From: an uncultured Desulfobacter sp.
GTDB lineage: Bacteria > Desulfobacterota > Desulfobacteria > Desulfobacterales > Desulfobacteraceae
Assembly (NCBI GenBank): GCA_963665095.1
Contig: OY762069.1
Coordinates: forward strand, 160,001-224,000
Length of the DNA stretch: 64,000 bases
Reading direction: 5' to 3'
In this document: positions 1 to 8,700 of the stretch, piece by piece
Layout: every line of letters starts with the position of its first letter
Position numbering within the stretch: position 1 is the first letter of the stretch
Notes under the pieces: generated by a model
The model's database searches: none
What the model saw: only the letters and a program-made list of their open reading frames with translations
What the model was told of the DNA's origin: nothing
Program-made: the position numbers and the translations under genes

Positions 1-2145
1 GGCAAACTGCAGCAGGTCAGCCGTCAATATGAAGACCGGATTGAGTTTCACTCCCTGTCCGATCTGGCCTTTGACCGCGTATTGCAACGGGTTGAAGGGC
101 TTCCTGAGAATTCAATTATTTTCCAGCTCATCTTTTTTACCGATATTAACGGCAATACATATATTCCCGTAAATGTAACCAAGGCTGTTTCGCAACATGC
201 GAATTCGCCGATTTTCAGCCTGTATGAACCGCATATCGGCCATGGCGCATTCGGGGGGAAAATGATTACGGCAACATCCATTGGGCGCAATGTTGTGCGT
301 CTGGGGGCAGGCCTGTTGGAAAATCCCCGGAAGACTGCTGGAAAAATTCTCTCCACATCCAGTGCCCCGATGTTTGACTGGCAACAGCTGCAAAGGTGGA
401 AAATTAACGAGTCCCGGCTGCCAAAGGACAGCATTGTCCGGTTCAAAAAATACTCTTTTTGGGAAATGCACCGCAGCAAGGTCCTCCTTGTTGCGGGTAT
501 TGTTTTATTCCAGGCTGTTTTGATTTTTTTTCTGATAATAAGCCTGGTCCAAAGAAAAAAAACCGAATCTTTTCTGCTTGAGTCCCGGGAAAACCTTAAA
601 GAGAGTAGTGAGGATCTGTTATTAAGAGATTTTGTGATGGATAATGCGTCCATAGGTGTGTTCTGGTTTGATTCAAAGGGCGCCATTTTTTACGCCAATC
701 AAAGGGCCGCTTTTTTACTTGGGTATTCCCAGGCACAATTATTGGGTAAACATATCTGGGACATCGATACCATTATAACCCGGCAGATGTATGCGGAACA
801 ATGGCAGCAGATGGGGGATGGTCAGCCCATATATTGGGAATCCATGCAGATCAGAAAGGACGGCAGCCGTTTTCCCGTTGAGGTCCATTCTCGGCAAATC
901 ATGCACAAAAACAAGCGCCTGGTTTGCGGATTTGTTCTTGATATTTCAAAACGTAAAGCGGCAGAAGAGCGTTTAGAAAAGATTCAAGCCGCTTTCCACC
1001 AGTCCCAGAAAATGGAAGCCATTGGCACGCTGGCCGGTGGTATCGCCCATGATTTCAACAATATTCTTGGTGCCATCATTGGTTATGCAGAACTTGTACG
1101 CATGCGTGATGCCGCAAATGTTCCAACGGTCCAGGCCATGGACCAGATTCTTCTTGCCGGCAAGCGGGCAAAAGAGCTGGTCATGCAGATTCTGTTGTTC
1201 AGCCGTAAAAGCCAAAAAGAAAATATACCCTTGAAAATAGAATCGTTGGTCAAGGAAGTGATCAAGCTATTAAGGGCCACCCTGCCTGCAAATATTGAAA
1301 TTCAAACCTCGTTTTCCGCCCCGTCCGGAGTGGTCATGGCAGATCCTGCCCAGATTCATCAGATTCTGATGAATTTATGTACCAATGCGTTTCACGCCAT
1401 GCAGGAGGATAGCGGCCTTTTATGTATCGGCCTGGAAGAAGTCTGCCTGGATGACGGTGCAATCCCCCTTTTGCCGGATTTGGAACCAGGGCCATATATC
1501 TGTTTAAAAGTCAGTGATACCGGCAGCGGCATCCCCGCAGATATTATGGATCAAATTTTTGATCCGTTCTTCACAACCAAGACGGAATCCAAAGGTACCG
1601 GGCTTGGGCTGGCTGTTGTTCACGGTATTGTAAAAAGTCACAACGGTGCGGTAAAAGTTTACAGTGAGCCCGGGAAGGGAACCACATTCAACGTATTTCT
1701 GCCGTCAGTTAACAGAGACGATGACACCATACCGGAGGTGCCGGAGCATGATCTGTTGCTTGGCAGGGAGACCATCCTTTTTGTGGATGATGAAACAGCA
1801 CTGGTGGATATTGGACAAGATATGCTTGGGCATCTTGGATATAAGGTGGTTGGCTTTTCAGAAAGCCTGGAAGCATGGCGTGCCTTTGAAGAGAATCCCG
1901 GCCGGTTCGACATCGTTATAACCGATAAAAACATGCCCCATCTGACCGGCCTTGAACTGGCAGAAAAAATCCGTCATATCAGGCCGGCCATCCCAATTAT
2001 CATGTGTACCGGGTTCCAGGATCCGTCTTCCATGGACAGGGCCGGGGCCTGCGGTATTAACAGCATCATCAGCAAGCCGCTTCTGGTTAACGAGTTGGCC
2101 GTGACGATCCGAAAGGTCCTTAAGGAATTCGGGAATCAAGGTTAA
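1..2145 (+). CDS. Hybrid sensor histidine kinase (extracytoplasmic domain-TM-PAS-HisKA-HATPase-REC), 5'-truncated by window edge
   Basis: Frame open from base 1. TM segment VLLVAGIVLFQAVLIFFLIISL, PAS, H-box LAGGIAHDFNNIL, N-box QILMNLCTNA, G-boxes, C-terminal receiver (VDDE...ITDKNMP...SKP). Confidence 0.92.
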   Translation, partial: GKLQQVSRQYEDRIEFHSLSDLAFDRVLQRVEGLPENSIIFQLIFFTDINGNTYIPVNVTKAVSQHANSPIFSLYEPHIGHGAFGGKMITATSIGRNVVRLGAGLLENPRKTAGKILSTSSAPMFDWQQLQRWKINESRLPKDSIVRFKKYSFWEMHRSKVLLVAGIVLFQAVLIFFLIISLVQRKKTESFLLESRENLKESSEDLLLRDFVMDNASIGVFWFDSKGAIFYANQRAAFLLGYSQAQLLGKHIWDIDTIITRQMYAEQWQQMGDGQPIYWESMQIRKDGSRFPVEVHSRQIMHKNKRLVCGFVLDISKRKAAEERLEKIQAAFHQSQKMEAIGTLAGGIAHDFNNILGAIIGYAELVRMRDAANVPTVQAMDQILLAGKRAKELVMQILLFSRKSQKENIPLKIESLVKEVIKLLRATLPANIEIQTSFSAPSGVVMADPAQIHQILMNLCTNAFHAMQEDSGLLCIGLEEVCLDDGAIPLLPDLEPGPYICLKVSDTGSGIPADIMDQIFDPFFTTKTESKGTGLGLAVVHGIVKSHNGAVKVYSEPGKGTTFNVFLPSVNRDDDTIPEVPEHDLLLGRETILFVDDETALVDIGQDMLGHLGYKVVGFSESLEAWRAFEENPGRFDIVITDKNMPHLTGLELAEKIRHIRPAIPIIMCTGFQDPSSMDRAGACGINSIISKPLLVNELAVTIRKVLKEFGNQG

Positions 2146-2163
2146 AAAATACGAATTGAAACG

Positions 2164-2787
2164 TCAGGCCTGCTGCCGGCTGGATTCTATATAGGGCAAC
2201 AACATCTCCCTAATAATGCCGCCCACCCGTCTCATATGGCTGCGGATCTCTTCGTCGTTGCGTCCCGGGTATTTTCTGAATGATATCAGGATGCCTGAGA
2301 GACAGGAAAAAAAGGCGTGGGATAGCATTCGAACATTGCCCTGGTAGTTCATTTTTTCAAAAATCCGATCAAATATATCCAGGATGCGCCTGGCCACATT
2401 GTTGAGCTGCTGTGAGGCGTCAGAACTGATATTGCCGTACAGGAAAAAATGGGTGATCATCCGCCAGTGGCTTTCATGGTCAATGTAGAAATCAAGATAG
2501 CTGTTCATCAGCGTTTCGATGTCAATGTGGTTTTCCTGTTCCACCATGGCGGCCAGTTCATCTAAAAGCTCGCTGGTTTCCCTTAAGATGGCCTGAACAA
2601 AAAGGGTCTCCTGGCTGTCAAAATAAGTATAGATGGAGGAAACAGCCATGCCGGCCTCTTTTGCGATTTCGCGCATGCTGGCCTTGTCATAGGTTTTGTT
2701 TCCAAACACTTTCTGGGCTGCATCAATAATCAGGTTGCGCCTAAGCTGTCTGTCTTCCTGTTTGAGCTTGCTCAAGGTACTGGCCAT
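2164..2787 (-). CDS. TetR/AcrR family transcriptional regulator
   Basis: N-terminal HTH (IIDAAQKVF...ASMREIAKEAGMAVSSIYTYF). ATG at 2787 chosen because AAAGGA lies upstream; the ORF track starts at 2835. Confidence 0.9.
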   Translation of the reverse strand: MASTLSKLKQEDRQLRRNLIIDAAQKVFGNKTYDKASMREIAKEAGMAVSSIYTYFDSQETLFVQAILRETSELLDELAAMVEQENHIDIETLMNSYLDFYIDHESHWRMITHFFLYGNISSDASQQLNNVARRILDIFDRIFEKMNYQGNVRMLSHAFFSCLSGILISFRKYPGRNDEEIRSHMRRVGGIIREMLLPYIESSRQQA

Positions 2788-2951
2788 CTGCGTCTTTGGT
2801 CCTTTTAAATTAGTATTCCCCTGGAAACATACCACCCGGAATAGGTGAAATCAAGTCATGGCCGCCCCTTCCTGACAGGTGAGGGCTAAACTGAAATATT
2901 TGCTCTTACCGGCAAGCTATGAAATGTTGCCCAAACTCCGATTATCCTATT

Positions 2952-2988
2952 TATCTACAAAATTGTTTCTAATCTATCTACAAAATTG
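2952..2988. promoter_or_regulatory. Tandem 14-bp direct repeat, candidate enhancer for a sigma54 activator upstream of nifB
   Basis: TATCTACAAAATTG at 2952-2965 and 2975-2988, about 110-145 bp upstream of the -24/-12 element. Confidence 0.5.
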
Positions 2989-3097
2989 CATATAAATTGA
3001 GAGAACTCTCATTATTCCAAGTTTGTCACGAAGCTGTATATTTTTTTTATCAGTAATTTCAGTATATTTCATTATCCTTTTCGCTTTTTTGATTTAT

Positions 3098-3113
3098 TGG
3101 CATTTTGATTGCT
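3098..3113 (+). promoter_or_regulatory. sigma54 (-24/-12) promoter of nifB
   Basis: TGGCAT-TTTGA-TTGCT with exact GG-N10-GC spacing. Confidence 0.8.
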
Positions 3114-3369
3114 ACGGTTAAAATAACCAGTGAAATTTCAGGTAACAGATTTCATGGTGCTGTGAGGGTGACGGCAAAACCGTGGCCCGGAAGCAAAATG
3201 GCGAGGCAATGGGAATCAGTATTTCCCATAGGATACTGTTCTGGTGGGTTACAGACGGTTTTATGAGATCCTTTTTTGATTTCGATGTCCCGTACAACAC
3301 AAATATTACTTTCAGGCATAATTTTTGGCCTGTTGGTAATGCTTACATTTAAATACCCAGGAGTAAGAA

Positions 3370-4635
3370 ATGGATCTATCCAACCACCCATGTTTCAACG
3401 CCAAGGTGAAAGGCGTCTACGGCCGGGTTCACCTTCCTGTTGCACCACGATGCAATATTCAATGTAACTATTGTGATCGAAAATACGACTGTGTCAATGA
3501 AAGCCGGCCCGGTGTCACCAGTGCAGTCCTGAAACCAAGCCAGGCTATGATTTATCTCGATTATGTGTTTGAAAAAGTAAAAAATATTTCAGTGGTGGGG
3601 ATCGCGGGTCCGGGGGATCCGTTTGCCAATCCCGATGAAACCATGGAAACGCTTCACCTGGTGCAAAGGCAATACCCGGAGATGATTCTTTGTCTGGCCA
3701 CCAACGGTCTGGGTATCGGACCGTATATTGATGAACTGGCTCAGATGAATGTCCGCCATGTCACTGTTACGTTAAATGCGGTTGAGCCTGAAATTGGATC
3801 ACAGCTGTATTCCTTTGTTCGCCATGGCAAGCGAACTTTAGGCCCCAGACCCGGGTTTGAGGTTTTGCTGGAAAAACAGCTTGAGGCGATTGTCCACCTT
3901 AAAGAGAAAAATATCATAACAAAAGTCAATACCGTTATTATTCCGGGAATCAATGACGGTCATGTTGAAGCTGTGGCCAAGAAGATGGCCGAACTGAAAG
4001 TGGACATCCTCAACTGTATTCCTTTTTATCCGAATAAGGGGTCTAACTTTGGCCACCTGGAAGAACCCTCTAAATCACTGGTGGTGGATATCCGTAAAAA
4101 GGCGGCAAAACATATTGCCCAGATGTACCATTGCAAACGCTGCCGTGCTGATGCCGTAGGAATCCTGGGTGAGCGTAATGGGTGTGAAATCAATGATAAG
4201 CTGCAGGAATGTGCACAGATGCCTGAAGTGTACGGTGATGAGCGGCCTTATGTGGCGGTGGCCAGTCTTGATGGCCGACTGGTCAATCAAAAACTTGGAA
4301 AAGCGGAAGAATTATTAATCTATGGCCAGCAGGATAATGGAGAAATTTATTTGGTCGAAGCCCGAAAAACACCCCGCTCCGGCGGCGGCATGCAGCGTTG
4401 GGAAGACTTAAGCAATATGCTTAGTGACTGCAGGGCATTGATGGTTGCAGGACTCGGTGACAACCCGCGTCGTGTGCTCAGCCAGAAAAAAATAGATGTA
4501 CTAGAATTGGATGGAACGATCCAGGAGGCTGCAGAGGCTGTTTTCGAGGGTTACAGCAGGGATTTTATGGTTCAGCGGGATATAAGGGCATGCAACAAAA
4601 AGAGTCCCGTGGCTGGAATGGGGTGTGGATTTTAA
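3370..4635 (+). CDS. nifB: Nitrogenase cofactor biosynthesis radical SAM protein NifB with C-terminal NifX-like domain
   Basis: HPC motif, HLPVAPRCNIQCNYC (CX3CX2C), ESRPG, AGPGDP, TNG and CKRCRADA motifs, followed by a NifX-like domain. Confidence 0.93.
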   Translation: MDLSNHPCFNAKVKGVYGRVHLPVAPRCNIQCNYCDRKYDCVNESRPGVTSAVLKPSQAMIYLDYVFEKVKNISVVGIAGPGDPFANPDETMETLHLVQRQYPEMILCLATNGLGIGPYIDELAQMNVRHVTVTLNAVEPEIGSQLYSFVRHGKRTLGPRPGFEVLLEKQLEAIVHLKEKNIITKVNTVIIPGINDGHVEAVAKKMAELKVDILNCIPFYPNKGSNFGHLEEPSKSLVVDIRKKAAKHIAQMYHCKRCRADAVGILGERNGCEINDKLQECAQMPEVYGDERPYVAVASLDGRLVNQKLGKAEELLIYGQQDNGEIYLVEARKTPRSGGGMQRWEDLSNMLSDCRALMVAGLGDNPRRVLSQKKIDVLELDGTIQEAAEAVFEGYSRDFMVQRDIRACNKKSPVAGMGCGF

Positions 4636-4693
4636 TCGTTCATGGGTTACCCGAAGCAAGCGTTTGCACAAATAAAAAGAGAGGAATCAGAAT

Positions 4694-5626
4694 ATGGAAG
4701 TGCTGAAAACAAAGTATGGCGCAGTTTCCGGTTATCAGGGGTTGGAAAAATACCCGTCCGGTAATCCCGTTTCCCTTATTTTTACTGAACGGGTTGAAAT
4801 TGAAACCCCGGTCGGGGGCATTGTACCACAGTATTCAGTAGATGATCATGGAAGAAGGGTATTAAGACCGGTTTGCTTTTATGACAATGGAAATATTAAA
4901 AAAGCGCCGCTTCAGGAACCTGCTCTCATTGAAACAAAGTACGGAAAAATATCTGCGGAACTCGTCACGTTTTATGATGATGAATTATTGAAAAAACTGT
5001 TTCCCCTTAATGGCAAGCTGAGCGGTTACTGGGGGGAGAAGGACGAGTACACCCTGGCCAAAGAACTTGAACTGTGCCTGCCCTGCGGGGAAATCCGGGC
5101 CAAGCTGATCAATGTCGTCTTCTATAAAAACGGTAATATTAAAAGTATCACCCTCTGGCCCCAGGAAACCGTGGAGGTAGAAACACCTGCAGGGAAAATG
5201 CGCGTTAAAGTGGGAATCTCTTTTTATGAAGACGGTTCTGTTAAGTCGGCTGAACCGGCGCAGCCGTATGCGGTTGAAACAAGAATAGGGGAGATATCGG
5301 CCTATGATAATGATCCCGAAGGCATTATGGGGGATATAAACTCTCTTAAGTTTGACAGGCACGGAGAAGTGACAGCACTCAGCACGATCAATAATGTCAT
5401 AATTGTAAAAAGCGTATCCGGTGAGCAGACCAGGTATGCCCCTTCTGAGAAAGAGAGCCTTTGTTCTGAAAAGACAACGATAACCCTCCCTCTTCAAATT
5501 GAATTTAAAGACGGGAAGGTCCGGTTTAATAGAAGCGTTTCTGATGAATACAATATATCGGAGCATTCATTCGAAGTGATTAGATATGAAAAAATAGCAG
5601 CAGGCCCCTTTTATGTGTGCAGATAG
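4694..5626 (+). CDS. Hypothetical protein with internal beta-rich repeats, probably co-transcribed with nifB
   Basis: 310-aa ORF with RBS GAGGA. Repeated ETxxGxI and FYxxGxIK motifs. Confidence 0.75.
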   Translation: MEVLKTKYGAVSGYQGLEKYPSGNPVSLIFTERVEIETPVGGIVPQYSVDDHGRRVLRPVCFYDNGNIKKAPLQEPALIETKYGKISAELVTFYDDELLKKLFPLNGKLSGYWGEKDEYTLAKELELCLPCGEIRAKLINVVFYKNGNIKSITLWPQETVEVETPAGKMRVKVGISFYEDGSVKSAEPAQPYAVETRIGEISAYDNDPEGIMGDINSLKFDRHGEVTALSTINNVIIVKSVSGEQTRYAPSEKESLCSEKTTITLPLQIEFKDGKVRFNRSVSDEYNISEHSFEVIRYEKIAAGPFYVCR

Positions 5627-5704
5627 GCCCATCGCTTATTATTGCCGAGGATGCGCCGTTTTAAGTTGTTCACCCTCCTTTTATGAAGAAAATAAAAAAA
5701 ACCA

Positions 5705-8700
5705 TCAGGGCCTGATCCTTAGCTTTTTCATTTTTGACCGTAACGTACTCGGATGCAGCCCTAATCGTTCAGCGGCATTCCCTTTACCTTTGATCTTCCA
5801 TTGGCACATGTTCAAAACATTAATGATATGAGCCTCCATGGCTGCATCCAAGCTCGTATCCGAAAGATGGGAAGGGGCAGCGGCCAAGCTGTTAAAGTTG
5901 TGATCCATACTTAAACGGGTGCCTTGGGAAAGAATCATGGCTCTTTCAATAAAGTTCTCAAGTTCCCTTATGTTTCCAGGCCAGTCATAGTCTGTTAAGG
6001 TTTTCATAACCTGACTTGAAACCTGTTTGATGTTTTTATTGAGTACTTTGTTTTTTTTCTCTATGAAATAGCTGACTAACAGAGGGATATCTTCTTTCCG
6101 GTCCTTTAACGCCGGTACCTTGATGGGAAAGATGCTGAGTCGATAATACAAATCTTTCCTGAAGAGACCCTTTAAGATGGATTGTTCAAGGTCTTTGTTG
6201 GTTGCCGCAACCACACGGACATCCACCTTTATGGTTGCATCGGAGCCAAGGGGCTCAAATGTTCCCTCCTGAAGCACCCGCAGCAATTTGGCTTGGACTT
6301 CCATGGGCATATCGCCAATTTCATCTAAGAAAAGGGTGCCACCGTCCGCCATGAGGAACCGGCCTTTTTTGGATTTTACAGCACCGGTAAAGGCGCCCTT
6401 TTCATATCCGAACAGCTCGCTTTCTATCAATGTGGCTGGCAGCGCTGCACAGTTTACTTTTACCATGGGGTGGTCTTTTCTGGAACTAAGATCGTGAATG
6501 CTTCTTGCAATCAGTTCTTTGCCGGTGCCTGACTCACCTAAAATCAGTGTTGTCGTGTCAAAAGAGATGACCTGTTTTACAAGGTATAAGGTCTTTTGCA
6601 GTTCTGGGCTGTTGCCTATAATATCTTTAAATCCGTGGGTGTTTCGAATCTCTTCTTTTAGGTACTGGTTTTCTTCATTCAGTGAATTTTTCAGCTCATT
6701 GAGTCTTTTGACCGTAACCTGAAGTTCCCGTTCTTTACTCTTTCTATTTTCAATTTCCTGGATCAATTCGCGATTCAGCCGGTTTCTTTCCATGGCTGCT
6801 GCAATCTGGTTGGATAAAAGCTGGATAATATGAAACCGCTTTTCGCTAAATGTGTTTTTAACCTGCTGATTCTCAAGATAAATAAAGGCAACTGTCCTGT
6901 TCTGATAGGAAATGGGCATGCAGAGAACGGATTTCAAGCCGGTTTTGCGTGCGTAAACCGTGTTTGAAAATTGGATATTCTGGGAGATATCGGAGGTCAG
7001 CACCTTTTTGTTTGTCCTGCAGACAAACCTTGCAATACTGTGGCTGATGGACTGGTATTCTTCGACGGGTGTCCCCGGCGGCAGGTGGTCTGCTTCCTCC
7101 TCAATGGACACATGGCATTCCACTATGATTTTTTCCTTCCAGCAGGATAACAGATACCCCCTTTCCGAACCCGAATTCTGAATGAGAATGCGCATCAGCT
7201 GCTGAAGCAGTTTGTTTCCATCCTCTGCGCTGACCAGGGTCACGATGGCCCTGTCGATGCTGCGCATATCCATTATGCTGTTGGCGTTATACAAAGGAGT
7301 TGATCTTTGCGTGCCTGGATTGATATGCTCCTCATTGAAAAGAGATGCGTGGGACTGTCGAATTTGCCTAAGCTTGGAGCTTGCACCCCATTTTTCATAA
7401 GTTGAAAAGGCTTCTTTCAAAGATATCTCCGACAATTTCTGGAGACCGAGTGCTTTGAAAAAATCAGCGGCCAGTTCCCATGCAAGGGCCTGATCCATGA
7501 TGAACCCTTTTTCTCCAGATAGAAGAATAGCCTTTTCATAGTGGATAAGCGCCTGATAGGTTTGTTTTTTAAGCCTGTATCTCTCAGCCAGAATCAAATG
7601 GTGCTTATGGGCATAATTGTCCCGGGAAAATTCTGAGCGGCGCTTGATCTGGTTATATAATTTTTCCAGAATTACTTCGTTTTCCGCCCCTGCCTTTCTT
7701 TGCAGTGCAAGGAAAGAATAAAAGGCTGTGGGGATCATGATGTAGTTGCTGCCATATTTTAAAAGCTCTTCCGCATCTTTTGCGGCCGCCTCTGTCCGCC
7801 TGAAAATAATATTTAAAAAAAGACGTATGTTTATGGGCAACTCCTTGGTGGTAACGCTTTTTTCAAGACTGAATCCCTCCATGTTATCTTTGGGTTCATG
7901 GGGAGAAGACAGCCCCTGCACGATATTGCTGATCATTTTCAGATTGGATTGCAGGGATTTGATACCTGGCAGGGAAAGGGAAATAATTTCATCGAACGTT
8001 GCTACCAATTGTCTGAGTTTGGACAGGTTTATGTTCCCGAAAAGGCCGGTCAGGCATGCGGCATGCGCACTTTCGATGGCTGTCATGATATTGCCGCTTT
8101 CTATGGACTGGTAGTACACCTGGGTCAACTGCTTGATGGTGACATCTATGGGGCATGTCAGGCAGGTGATCTCTTCATGAAAGTAGGTCTGGGCATCCAG
8201 GTTCCACTTTGTGCGCTTGCTTTTTTTTATGTATTCCAAACCGTACTCTGCCACCCGGCGGCCCAATGCGTATTCCTTGAGCAGATGACAAAAGGCCCCG
8301 CCCGTGGCCACCAGAGCGAATGCAGACTCATCTGTGAATCCGTGCTCCTGGGTGATTTTCAGCATTTTCCCCACAAAAATCCAATAGTATAGATAGTCAT
8401 GCCATCCGGTTGCTTTCACCCCATAGCCTAGAAGCCGCATCACAGTCTGGAATTTGGTATCTGTCAAGTGACTGACTTGGGAGCTGGGGATTTCAAGGAT
8501 TAACTGGGCTATTTCTTTTAGTTTTAAAGTCTCTTGGATGACCTCCTTGCGGGACTCAGGAGACGGCATTGAAATTCCTAATAGGGTCAGTGCGTGAAGC
8601 AAAACCCGGACTGCTTTGTCCGGATTGTCTAAAAAGATGGCGCACTCGATCTGGGCCTCATAGCCAAGGGTTTTGTCTATATCTGTACGGCCGTTTTGAA

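Noticed and set aside
3160..3265. c-di-GMP-I riboswitch or ANTAR motif in the nifB leader
   Set aside because: GGCAAAACC is suggestive, but the GAAA-tetraloop stem and paired hexaloop hairpins are missing.
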